Shown: in pieces, positions 24,688 through 36,982 of the stretch
How the letters are laid out: every line of letters begins with the position of its first letter
Numbering within the stretch: the first letter of the stretch is position 1
NCBI RefSeq assembly: GCF_004010195.1
Contig: NC_057718.1
Location: 35,935,817-35,999,816 of the forward strand
Length of the DNA: 64,000 nt
Source of the DNA: Chiloscyllium plagiosum
Lineage: Eukaryota
Direction: 5' to 3'
Position numbers and translations under genes: made by a program
Notes under the pieces: model-generated
What the model saw: only the letters and a program-made list of their open reading frames with translations
Database searches by the model: none
What the model was told of the DNA's origin: nothing

Positions 24688-25799
24688 TTAATATGCTGAA
24701 TTACAAACACTCTTGAATCAAATTTCACGCGCGATCGAATGTCAACTCAGCAAAGACGTGAAGCTGTTCACATCCGTTAGTCAAAAATATAAATAGAACA
24801 TTCTCAGACTTAAGGAATGGGTAAACATTTTGATTATTTACAAGATAGCCCAGGTGGCTCGAAGGTCACGAAATAACTTCTCAGCTGAACTTGCTGAGGT
24901 GAAAGAGAATTACAGGAATGAAGGGAGGCTTTTGTTCATTTGCTGAACATCACTAGGTATAGAATAACGGTTCACCCGAACGGTGGACCAATTGACTCTT
25001 GGTGCAATCAGAAAGCTTGCCATTTTATTTGAGAACTCGGCCATTTCAACGTTTAAACTAAAACCGATTTCAACTAGTGAAGTCCAAACATGTGCACTCA
25101 GCCTCTGGTTAAGCTGTAGAATGTACCAGAAACAGTCCAAGTGGAACTCAATGGAAAAATAATGGAAGACAGCTGTTCATTTCGAGGGCACCTTTACCAT
25201 CCTGTGTATAGCAACTCTGCCGTAAAACTTGGCGGCGGAGGACACAGTAGATTAGTCTTAGGGTAAGCATCAGCAAATAGAAAAACGCTTCATTTTAGGG
25301 CATAACGCGAGCAGAGTTAGCTGATTATCTCAAAGGCGAGGGGAAAGGGATCGTACTTATTATGTAACGAGAATCGTCTCTTCATAGCTCCTATCAAGTA
25401 TTTTAACAAATGGCTCCACTATAGAAGCCAAATTCAAGTCTTTTCAGAAGAAGCTTCTAGTCTTGAGCTAGGCAAGAGCTGATTCGCATGCATCAACCTG
25501 TTACATAGAGGTTTGGGACAAGAAACGAAATGATTGTCTTTGGCACGTATGTACTCAGCGTGGGACCAGCATGTTGGTAATGTATTATTTCCCGAAGTTT
25601 CTGGTCTTCCTAGGTTAGGTGCAGCATGAGTTCCAGGCCATGCTGAGCTTTCAAATACTGCTAACATGCTGCTAAATACCAGCGGCAGGAGAACACAATT
25701 CAACATTTTTATTTTTTATAACAAACGCAGCACCCATGTTAAAGGCATCCCCAATTGTCCTTAAACTAAGAGGCTTGATAGTTTTTTTTTGCTCTGATG

Positions 25800-26070
25800 G
25801 CAGTTCGGCTAGGCACAATACTGTGGGTCTGGAGTCACATGCAGGCAGACCGAATAAGGAGAGTAGATTTCCATGCCTAAAGGACATTTGTGAACTTTTG
25901 GGTTTTTAACAATTAAGGATGGTTTCACGACACCTTTACCGAAATTATCTTTACGCTGTATTTCAGATGTATTAACTGAATTCAAATTCCGCCACTGCTA
26001 CGGTGGAGTTTGAACCCATCTCTGTAGAACCTTGTCCTGGACTCCTGGCCCAGTGACTTTACCACTAGCA
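25800..26070 (-). mobile_element. SacSINE1-like SINE
   Basis: GTGGGTCTGGAGTCACATGCAGGCAGACC is the reverse complement of the central motif; tRNA-like head near 26010-26065. Confidence 0.6.
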
Positions 26071-26401
26071 TTGACAACAATTATGTTGTAGTTTGAGGTT
26101 GATTCTTGGGGACCACACGCATTGGCAGTGGAAGACAGCCTACAGCCAACCTTCCCCACGCATCTTTAGCAAGAGAAAACATGCTTTATTTTTGTTCTGA
26201 AGTCGGCTTCCAAACCAGGTCATGACCTTTCAGAAACACTAGGAATATTTCAACATCCGGTTAAGTAGGAACTGTCACATCAGACTGAGGTCAACCTCTT
26301 AACAGGAGATTGCAACAGAACCCACCTCCAATGGGTAGACCATGAAACGGTGTCATTCAAAGCGGTACTCCAGAAAATCTCTATCTTTTTGTTTTGAGAT
26401 T

Positions 26402-26753
26402 AGGTTATAGTCAAACAGGCTTATTTTAAATTACACAAACTTTCAGAGCGCTGCCCCTTCTTCGTCAGGTGCAGTGCGAGAGCAGCGCACACAGACCCAG
26501 AGTTGATAGGCAGGGAGATCAAACGATCATACAACTAGTGTGAATAGGGTGTCAGTTAACACGTTACTGCAGGTGACCGAGCGTGTAAGATTTACACACC
26601 GTCTGTGTGCGCTGCTCTCTCCCTGAACCTGACAAAGGGGCTGCACGCCGACAGCTTATATGATTTCAAATAAACCTGTTGGACTTTATAACTTGGTATA
26701 GTGTGACTTCCAATTTTAGCCACTCCAGTCCAACACCGGAACCTCCACATCAG
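26402..26753. mobile_element. Penelope-derived inverted-repeat element
   Basis: Inverted arms (CAGGTGCAGTGCGAGAGCAGCGCACACAGAC / GTCTGTGTGCGCTGCTCTCTCCCTGAACCTG); 11-bp TSD GTTTTGAGATT (26391-401 / 26754-764). Confidence 0.75.
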
Positions 26754-27339
26754 GTTTTGAGATTGGTCGAGGGAGAAAAGTGAGCATGTTTAGTGCCTCA
26801 AGGCAGATCATTGGATAAAATGCTTCACACATGTTTGAAAAACGTGAAAACCATTCAAGACCGGTGGTAAAATCTAGTGATAGATGAAAACACAAGAGTC
26901 TGCCTGGTATTGTGGAAAAAAACCGTCACTTCATTCACACAAAACGCAGATGGTGAATGCCGCGATCTGTTGAGGATGATCATCTTTTTACCCAGTTCTC
27001 ACAAAGCCCTGCCCAGATTTCCTCATTTGAGGTAGATATAGCGACTGGAAATTAATCCTTCGAGCGATGCAGCGTTTAAGGATGGTTAAGTGGGCGTCTG
27101 CACCCACAAGTCCTGCAAAACAAAAAAAGTATCTTTGACGATTGTCGGCGGCTCTTAGAAAGATTCTAGCAGTTGCAAAAAACAAAATACAAATCAAGCA
27201 GTACCACCTCGAAATGCTTCCCTGGGGCATGTCAGCACCTTCGCAGCCAGTTACTACCCAGTGTTAAGACAAGCGTTTTCCTTCATTAAGATCGAAGTGC
27301 GTAAGAAACGGTGAAGATTTCAATGGAGTAGAGGTTCCC

Positions 27340-27648
27340 GTATCTGGATCAGTGGTGCTGGAAGAGCACAGCAATTCAGGCAGCATCCGACGAGCAGCAA
27401 AATCGACGTTTCGGGCAAAAGCCCCTCATCAGGAATAAAGGCAGAGAGTTTGAAGCGTGGAGAGATAAGCTAGAGGAGGGTGGGGGTGGGGAGAAAGTAG
27501 CATAGAGTCTTGCTAATGGACGCGTTTATCAAATGTGGGAGAGGGACTCCCTGAGATTCTTGTAGAGAGAGGAGGAAAACTTCTTCAAGGCAGGCATCCT
27601 TGCAAGAGGGTTCGCGAGGGTGGGGGTGGGGAGAAAGTAGCATAGAGC
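27340..27648 (-). mobile_element. Penelope-like element fragment carrying the best-preserved hammerhead core
   Basis: Terminal motif GTGGTGCTGGAAGAGCACAGCAATTCAGGCAGCATCC; hammerhead core at 27401-27436; internal ~31-bp direct repeat GAGGGTGGGGGTGGGGAGAAAGTAGCATAGAG (~27477 and ~27616). Confidence 0.7.
27401..27436 (-). ncRNA. Minimal type-I hammerhead ribozyme motif (Penelope-associated)
   Basis: Minus strand AUUC-CUGAUGA-G-GGGC-UUUU-GCCC-GAAA-CGUC-GAUU: both conserved core boxes, stem II and a GUC cleavage triplet. Helix I pairing is weak. Confidence 0.6.
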
Positions 27649-28689
27649 ATGGACTACTCGCCTAGTAGGCGAATAGTTCCAGATTGGCCTGAGCAGCGGA
27701 GGATTCTCCTCGCATTGTTAAGAGGTCAGCTCAACTCACGTTGGAAGGGAAGGCGGGAGGGCGGAGAAAGCTCCAGTCGATTTCGGTCCCATTAACGCTA
27801 CGACGAGGTACTGTCGTAAATTCAAGTCCCTTTCAGACTCTCGTGAAAAAAAATCTTTGCTTACTTTGGTCCTTGATATTCTGTTTTCCAGTGTACTGTA
27901 TACAGAAAACTTATTTTAAAATATTAAAACCATTTGTTATAACGTGCCCACAGCTTCGACTAATTAGTTTGTAATTTTATAGCAAATGTATTTTCTATAC
28001 GAGCTTTTTTTAAATTTAAAAATCAAATGTGGAACAATTATGGACGAAATAAACAATAGAGAAAACCAAAAAGGATTCAAAGTTCGACTGAAAACGCTGC
28101 AAATCTAACTGCTTTAGGAATTGCCAGTTCTTGAATTTAGCTCTTGGTGCTGAATATTTGTGAAGATTTCCGGCATGGAGTTTGACCGTGGCAGCTGACG
28201 GAATGACCAAGCAAAGCCCCTTCTAGGCCTCTGTACATCACCTGCTGCTAAAGATGTTATTTCAACTGTGATATCAAAATTGCAAGGAAAATCTGTAATT
28301 TTCACTGATACCATGTAGCTGCGAGTTTTGGCAAGTATAATCTTCAGGAAATGAAGTTGAGCAAACTCACGATAGACCAGAACAAAGCAGAATTCCGTCA
28401 GCATTTTACTTTTACAATCTCTGTAAACACACATATTTAGACGGGGAACGGTCTACATGAATATCGGAGGCTCAATGGGGAGTAGGCTGTTATGGTAACA
28501 TGTCACATTATTTTTATTTGTTCTTGGGACGCAATTGTAATGGGCAAGGCCAGCATCAGTACCAATTGCCTTTAAGAAGATGGTAGTGGTCAATTTAGCA
28601 GAACAATGTAGACCTTCTGCTGGAGGTACACTTGCAGAGCTTTATTTTTTGATTGGGGTGATTCCATACAATCCAGAGGTTGCTTAGCC

Positions 28690-28950
28690 AATTGAGAAGG
28701 CAGTTAAAATTCAACCTTCTTGCTGTGGGTCTGGAGTCACATGCAGACCAGTGAAGTCTGGACGAAGATTTCCCACCTTAAAAGGATTTTAGAAACCAGA
28801 TGTGCTGTTTTTGACAAAAATCTGACAGTTGTACTGTAATTAGTTAAACTTAACATTTTATTCCAGATTTATTAATTACATTTAAACTCACCCAGATGCT
28901 TTGGTGAGATTTGAAGGCCAGGCCCATAACATTCCATTATGCTAGTGTTG
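28690..28950 (-). mobile_element. SacSINE1-like SINE
   Basis: GGCAGTTAAAATTCAACC..TGCTGTGGGTCTGGAGTCACATGCAGACCAG. Confidence 0.6.
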
Positions 28951-29444
28951 CCCAGGCACTTCCTATGAAAGTACAGCGATAGAGTTTTATATTGGAAACA
29001 GTTGACAAACAACACAGATTCCTACAAGATCATATCCTAAAGTCCAACCATATCTTTGGAAAAAGATTGAGGAGAAAGCTGCAACCATTTTTTCAGGGTT
29101 TTGGGCAATGTTTTACTGAATTGAATTTCTGATTGGAATTTATACTCTATTATTCCAATTTCAATGAAAGAGCTTTTAATATACTATTACATTATCATGG
29201 CATTGCATGTGTTAAGTCAGAGAATTCCATTGCTCTCAGCCATCTCGGATGTCCTCCTGTTGCTAAAATAAGGATAGAAAGTGCTGGAACTACTCAGCAG
29301 CTCTGGCAGTACCAAAAGCGAGAGACTAGTTGAATATGATTCTTCCTCCTTTTCTAATGAAGAAGTGGCTTAACTCAAAATGTTAACTCTGTTTTTCCTT
29401 CCACAGTCAGACTTGCTGAGTTTCGCTAGTATTCTCTGTATTTA

Positions 29445-30200
29445 GACTCAGAGTCATAGAGGTGTACAGCATGGAAACAGACCCTTTGGTCCAACCCGTC
29501 CATGCCAGCCAGATATCCCAACCCAATCTAGTCCCACCTGCCAGCACCCGGTCCATATCTTTCCAAACCCTTCTTATTCATATACTCATCCAAATGCCTT
29601 TTAAATGCTGCAATTGTACCAGCCTCCACCACTTCCTCTGGCAGCTCATTCCATAGACGTACCACCCTTTGTGTGAAAGAGTTGCCCCGTAGCTCTCTTT
29701 TATATCTTTCCCCTCTCATCTAAACCTATGCCCTCTAGTTCTGGACTCCCCGATCCCAGGGAAAAGACTTTGCCTATTTATCCTATTCATGCTCCTCATA
29801 ATTTTGTAAACCTCTAAGGTCACCCATCCGCCTCTGACGCTCCAGGGAAAACAGCCCCAGCTTGTTCAGCCTCTCTCTATAGCTCAAATCCTCCAAGCCT
29901 GGCAACATCCTTGTAAACCTTTACTGAAACCCTTTCAAATTTCACAACATATTTCCGATAGGAAGGAGACCAGAATTGCACGAAATATTCCAACAGTGGT
30001 CTAACCAATGTCCTGTACACCGCAACATGACCTCCCAACTCCTGTACTCAGTACTCTGACCAATAAAAGAAAGCATACCAAACGCCTTCTTCACTAGCCT
30101 ATCAACCTGTGACTCCACTTTCAAGGAGCTATGAACCTGCACTCCAAGGTCTCTTTGTTCAGCAACACTCCCTAGGACCTTACCATTAAGTTTACACCTT
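29445..30200 (-). mobile_element. CR1 (HER1-like) LINE 3' fragment
   Basis: Minus ORFs LNGKVLGSVAEQRDLGVQVHSSLK and WNELPEEVVEAGTIAAFKRHLD. Confidence 0.92.
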
Positions 30201-33200
30201 ACCATCAAGTGTATATTGTTTCAGATTTCCAGCATTAGCATTTCATTTTCATTATTGCCTCTATATTGCTGTTTGTTTTCTCTGTCTGTTCTTTCTCTTG
30301 TTCTCATGCTTCTCTCCCCTCAGCATGTCCCTATGCTTCTCTCCACTTGTTTAAAACGAGAGGTTTTCTTTCCTTTCAAAAAGGAAATGTGGCAAACAAA
30401 AAGCCCTCAATTGGTATCATCGGGGATGGAAATGTGGGTAAACTGTCACCTCTATTGCTCATTCCCCATTCTTCTTTCTTCCTAATTTCACATTCTTCTC
30501 ACCTTCTCTTCATGTCCCCAATTACCTTCCCTATATTCCTTCTGCCTACCATTTCCTCACTCCCACTATACCCCATTCTTTCCCTTTTAAGCAAGTGTTC
30601 AACATCCCTGTGGATATGATCTCACCAAAATCCACCCCAATATGCTCATGACATATTAGGTGTTGGATTTATTTCTTTATCCCATTATCTTATGAGCAAA
30701 TATAAGAAAAGTCATAAATGAAGGTTTTGTATTGAGCTAATAGCAACAATTCACTGGTATGTAACATATTAATTGCATTTAAGGGTTAACTATCATGAAT
30801 ATGCAAGTATGTTGAAAAACAGACTGCAAACCCTTCATCATCATTTTTTGTCATGTTTTACTCTTACTTATATGACTAATACTTAGGTTTCAAAGCAGAA
30901 AGAAAATGAGATGATTACATTTACAGAAACAGCAGCAACTCATTAAAATCTTTTAGACACCATCTCTGAAATCTATGGGGTCAATTATTGCAAAGACACT
31001 GATTTGGAGACCCTTTACAAATGACATCTGGGACGTTAATCTGGGATTTCTGACATCAGTCTCAGGATTTCTGGTTTTTGGAAGTGCCAGTTTCAATTCC
31101 CAGCTGACCCCCAGCATGCTCAACCAGAATGACCCCACTATGGAGATGAGTATATTCCACTCTTGTAATAGGTTTTAAAAAAATTACAAGTTGTAGCACA
31201 TCAGAGACATCTTGACTCAATCTGCATGGGGGAACCCTGTAAAACAGAAATTCATAACCCCCTATGAAGGAGTGGTCCCCTCAAACAAATCACATGGCAT
31301 CCATGTCAAGGTATAACACTCCACATCCATTCCAATTCACCCTTTACACATTGGGTTGAATTGTTTCTGCACATAGTGACAGCTGGAAGGGTTTAATAAA
31401 TGTTGAGATGGATTCATTCACAACTTTACACCATGTTAAGAAAATCATTTTTACCATAAGTATCAACCATCCAGATCCCTTAAAGTTTCAATAGTTGAAA
31501 CTACAGGGCATTGAAACTACTTGATCTACTAGAACCAAGCTTTGTGAAGTTGATGGCATGGTTCATACAGCCAGAGTTGTCAGGCACACTGAGTTCCAAC
31601 TGTTTAACAGTTGTCCAGGCCCTCAGGCATGATGAGTCTGAACCAAGACAACCATTAACAAGCTGACACTTATTTACAACAAGTTAAATGGTTTCAAAAG
31701 CCTTGTGGTCTCAATTATTGAAACTTTATAGAGAGTCTTAATGATCTACACTTATATGGTCCACAGTGGGAAGGAATGTTATTCTAAAGAGTTATGAGTG
31801 AACTACTATGAAGCTGCTTTTCACCTCACCAAATAACCACTATAAGATAAATTGCTTTTGTTCAAAGTAAAATTTTTTGGAACTCCACATACACTACACT
31901 ACCCTCTTCCAAACTCTCAATTTGCTCACCAAAACATGATTTGACTTTAACATATTATTGGTACTTGGGCTTAGGATATGCGCATTTTTGAATTCTCAAC
32001 CTGCCCTGCCCCTTCAATAACTTTCACCCTAAGTTTTCTTGCACCCCCTTTAGCATTGTACCTTCAGTTTTATATTATTCTCCCTGTTTTTCCTACTTGT
32101 ATTACTGCATACAACAACTATGTTACCATGAAGGACTTGCCTTCTTAACCGCTGGTGAGTTGTTGTCTGAGCGTGGCTGTTGGTTTGTGTGCCGTTATGA
32201 GTCCGAGGGGTCGCAGTAGTCTGTTTGTGTGCGGTTGACAGGGTCAAGAGAGGAGGCTGCAGGGTCATTCTGGTTATATTGTGCCTGGTATGACAGTACA
32301 CATAATCCTTGCAATAAGGCTCACACCTCAGGAGTTAGTCCACAGGCAGGCATGTGTAGCTGGGAATTTTCCCAATGGCTACTACCCACCTTGAGGACGA
32401 TCTCTATTACAAGAGCAGCAGACACATGATAACACCACCACCTCTGGAAAATTCCCTTCCAAGTTAAACACGATCCTGACTTGGAAATATATTATTGTTC
32501 TTTCCTCATTGCTGGGTCCTTTTGTTTTGGAATGTCATCCTGAACAGCAATGTGAGTGTTCATTTAAGAAGGCAGATCACTTCCATCTCCTCAAGAGGAA
32601 TGGGAAATATGTAAACCTCTATAAGGTGCTGAATTGCCTCATTCCATTAATTAAATTTAAAAAGTTGTATTTTGACTTGGAGTGCTTTCATCAAGATTTT
32701 TCTAGGACCCTTATCACTACACACCTACAAATGGTTTGTTGCAGTAATTTGATTATATGGAGTGTGTGTTTCTGAACACGAATCATTAAGACCCTTTCAT
32801 TTTACAGTTAAAACTCCTAATTTATTTTCAAACAGAATTTGAACAAACATAGGAACACAGAAATCATGTCTAAGAAGGATGCAGAAGGCATATTACTAAT
32901 TTTCTTCCAAAGTTTCAAATTCAGTTTGCAATTTTTTTATTCACAAAAAAATGCCTTTGTCTTAAGTTGCTGTTTAAGTCTGCCCATTGCAATGTAGGGC
33001 ATCTTTTTTGAATCGAAAATGCGTGAAATATTTAACTCTTCATATGTAATTCATTCTACAGTTTGGCTATTTAGCATTGAGGAGAAATATCTCAACTAAG
33101 TTTTGGAATCCTCCACCCCAGAGAGCTGAAGATGTCCAAATCTGGGTCATTAATATACACACACAGAAACAGTGTCCCACTTCTGACCTATGCTGAATTC

Positions 33201-33344
33201 CAGTATAACCTTCCTCCAATCTGAAAATAATCAATTAATTCTACTGTCTGGTACCTGTCATTCAGCCAACTTCATATTTATGCTGCCACTTTTTCTCATA
33301 TGCCACGGGCTTCAATTATCTTAGCACCACATTCACAAATATTC

Positions 33345-33705
33345 ACTCTTTCTACACTGATGCTCAGTAGCAGCACTGTGTGCCATCGACAAGATGCACT
33401 GCACAAATTCTCTGTAGATCCTATGACAGCACCTTTCAAAGCAAAGACCACTAACATCTCGAAGGACAAGGGCAGCAGTTATATGAGAACACCACCTCCT
33501 GTAAGTTCGCCACGCCACTCACCATCCTGACATGGACACATCTTGCTGTTTCTTCAGGATTGGTGGGCCAAAATCCTGGAATTTCCTCCCGAAGGGCATT
33601 GTGGGTCCACCTACAGCACAGGGACTACGGCAGTTCAAGAAGGTAGTTTACCTACCCTCTCACGGTCAACTGGGGCAAGCAATAAATGTGCAATACTTAC
33701 ATCCC
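33345..33705 (+). mobile_element. Second-family LINE 3' end (similar piece at ~32385-32655)
   Basis: AAGGACAAGGGCAGCAG..CACTCACCATCCTGAC..AAATCCTGGAATT..GTTCAAGAAGG..GCAATAAATG. Confidence 0.65.
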
Positions 33706-34259
33706 TAGAATATTCCAAAATCTTTAGCGACAATAATTCAGAAAAAAATTAATAGTCCAGAGAAAGTGAGGATTAATTAGAGAAAACAAGCATGGCATCA
33801 TGAAATTTGGGATAATGCAGAAGAGTGGAATTAATGTAACAGTTCAGCCATCAGCTTATTAAATTGGACTAGTTTGAGGATTAAATTGCCTTCTCCTGGT
33901 CCTATTTTTTAAGTTCTTATGCAAAAGCTGGCTAATATTGTTTCTGTATAAGAGGAAATGATGTTTTGTGTATTGATGAGAAAGTACGTGGATCAGTAAA
34001 GGTAAGTACATGTGTAGCAGATATAAGAATTGTACATAAAAAAGTGGATGCTTGTGTGCTCACACATTGGGAAACAATCTGAGTGGGGGCAGGAGAGGAA
34101 ATATGACAGTTTGGACATGAAACTGGTATCAACACCAGTTTTCTGGATCTACCCCAAATTTCATTTCCAATTACAATACAAATTACAACATCTATTCAAG
34201 TTAAGTTTAAGTTTATAATGATTTCTTTTAAAAACAGGGCATTTGTCAATGTGTGGTGA

Positions 34260-34562
34260 TTTAGATTCCCCTACAGTGTGGAAAGCCCTTCAGCCCAACA
34301 AGTCCACACATACCCTCCAAAGAATAACCCACCCAGACCTATTTCCCTCTGACTAACGCACCTAATACTATGGACAATTTAGCATGGCCAATTCACCTGA
34401 CTTGCACATCTTTGGACTGTGGGAGGAAACTGGAGCACCCGGAGGAAACCCACGCAGACAGGGACAATGTGCAAACTCTACAAAGACAGTCACCCGAGGT
34501 TGGAATCAAACCTGGCTCCCTGGCGCTGTGAGGCAGCAGTGCTAACCACTGAGCCACCCTGC
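34260..34562 (-). mobile_element. Near full-length HE1-like V-SINE
   Basis: Reverse complement of the element at 3553-3870. Confidence 0.9.
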
Positions 34563-36982
34563 CATATGTTTGGCAGAGAAAACAATAATTGAGACTTGAA
34601 ATACTGTGTCAATGTTTGTCAACTTTAAGTTCGAATTCTAGAAATCTATTCATTTTTCTCGCTTGACAAGAGAACGTGTGCGTATAATACTCTAACAGTT
34701 CAATTTCAGTGTTTTTGAAAATGAATTATCATGAGCTGAAGAATGAATTTAAGTGGACTTTCAATTAAGTTTTTAAGCAAACACAACTTCATTTTTTTTT
34801 AAACCATAGAAAACATGTCAATTTGACATTAGCAGAGTAAGCATGAGCACACAGTACAGAAATCTGAGGAAATGCCTCATAACAGATCAAGCTTAAATCC
34901 AGCTTTACTGAAAAGACAGCAATTCAGACTTTAGGGTCTACCTTTTCTGAAAATAAAATGTTTTCTGCCTACCAGCAATTACTGAATGCATTGGACTCAT
35001 TGGCAGGGAATTATTGCAATGTTATTGAAAATGTGTAGAAGTCCACCACCAACTTATTTGTATCCCTGCTGAATGGATTGATACTGTGCAGTTTCCCATA
35101 TGATATCTGATCAATTTAAATGGTACTGCAGTTGGCTCCCCTGCAAAAGTTTGACGCTACGAGCAGGGATGCTGACACTGACATCTTATCAGCTACAAGG
35201 CACATTTATAGTGTTCCACTTTGAGCTCACATTTCAAATATCAAATTTTGGCAATGCATTTTGGCATCATATTAAAAATGACAGTAGTTCAGAACTCAAA
35301 CTATGAATAAAGTAATCAGGAAAATCTACCAATCAATAAAATAAACTAAATTAAGACAATTCAAACTTTTTTCAGAAGCAACACAGCGGAACTCTGCAAT
35401 TAACTCAAGTAAGGAAAATCTAAAGTAAAGGAAAACCAAAATATGAAGCAATCATATAGACAAACATTTTTAATAAATCTTTCATTCATAATTTTTACAA
35501 CAAATTCAAATATTCAAAGTTCAAACTAAGAAATTTAATATGTTAAAAGTAAAAACATTGGCAATGAATAAAAGGACAAAATTCAAGTTTTTCAAAGCAA
35601 CTGGGTATGACATTTCCCACATAAGATTTGATCAGAGTCCTTGTTTTAACAATGATTGAACACAAGCTAGATGATCATTTTGGAAGTCTTTTCAAATTAA
35701 AGTTATTCTTCAGGACATACGTTTTACTTAAAAAGGATATCTCACAGACACACGGAAAGAGAGTGGAGAGTTAAAGTGGGTGATTACAGCACCAAGCATC
35801 ACTTCATTTTTACAAAGAATTCAAACACTTTATTGTTTCATTAAAGCTTTAAAATGCAGTCAAGCCAGTCAGCTGCAATTATCCAGGGAAACATTTTTTT
35901 TCCCCAGAACAAATCAAAGAACATTTTTATACTGATTGTAGAGATATCTAAATATCTCTTTCCAATTTCTTTCAATGGAAATTTGCATTCCGATTGTAAC
36001 TTCAGCTCCCCAGGCAGTAGCTTATCCTCTGACTGCAACACCACAGCAGGTCTGCTATGGGCTAAAATAAATTTTCTGGTAATATACTTTCTCAATGCAT
36101 CACTTTCACACTTCCTACATGACACTTCAGCACCCCAGCTCCTGATGGGCTCCAAAGTCACATTCATAAAACTGCAACAAATCACAACAGAACAAGCAGG
36201 CAATATATCTACTCCCAAGTACCAAGCAGGAAGGAAAATGACTAATCAATGTCTCTCAAAGTTACCTTCAGTATGGAAACTTTAAACTCCTAAGGCCATT
36301 TGCTTTTGGAAGGAGGCCTCATGTCTTTCCCTCTGATTTGTATTCAGCAGCTCAAGAATTACAAGCTACCACTGTGCAAATTGTGGGGTTTTTTGACAAA
36401 ATATCTTGCCCTTCTGTTACAGGGAAGGCAAGATATTTTTCATGCAACTGGCTTGTCCCTAAACATGTTGTTCATTTGTTTCTGCACTTGTTTAATTAAT
36501 AAATGCAGAACATCTACAAAAAGATTAATACAGGGAAATCAAACCTCATTCAACTTTAAAAGTAGGCCATCAGTAGCACAGAGAGCCCAATTTCAATAAG
36601 TGAAAGATAAATTTCAGATCATTAAGTTCTCCTTCATGCACAGTGAATAAACAACACAAAAGCTCTCCGGATAGATTAGAGGCGGCAAAAATCCTGCCTT
36701 GATTTAAGGAACAGCTGGATGTTATGAAATGTTTTACTAGGTGGATCAGCTAAGATAAGATGAATGAATTTCCTGATGCACATTTATTTTGTGATCTTCA
36801 ACATAGAGATTAATACATCTGTTCTTATATTATTTGACAGATGAGTAATTCTAAATCTGCTCCTTCTGGTTTGCCAAGTATAGGGAGTAGATATATGATA
36901 CTTCATGCTGAACCATTTTAATACTTTTGTGGAAATCAGTATGATAAAAGTGCAGCTCTTCAGTCCTCTCAAACCCAGTTAC

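Noticed and set aside
35854..36285. 143-aa plus-strand ORF
   Set aside because: No recognisable family or splice context; splice and poly(A) signals here favour the minus strand.
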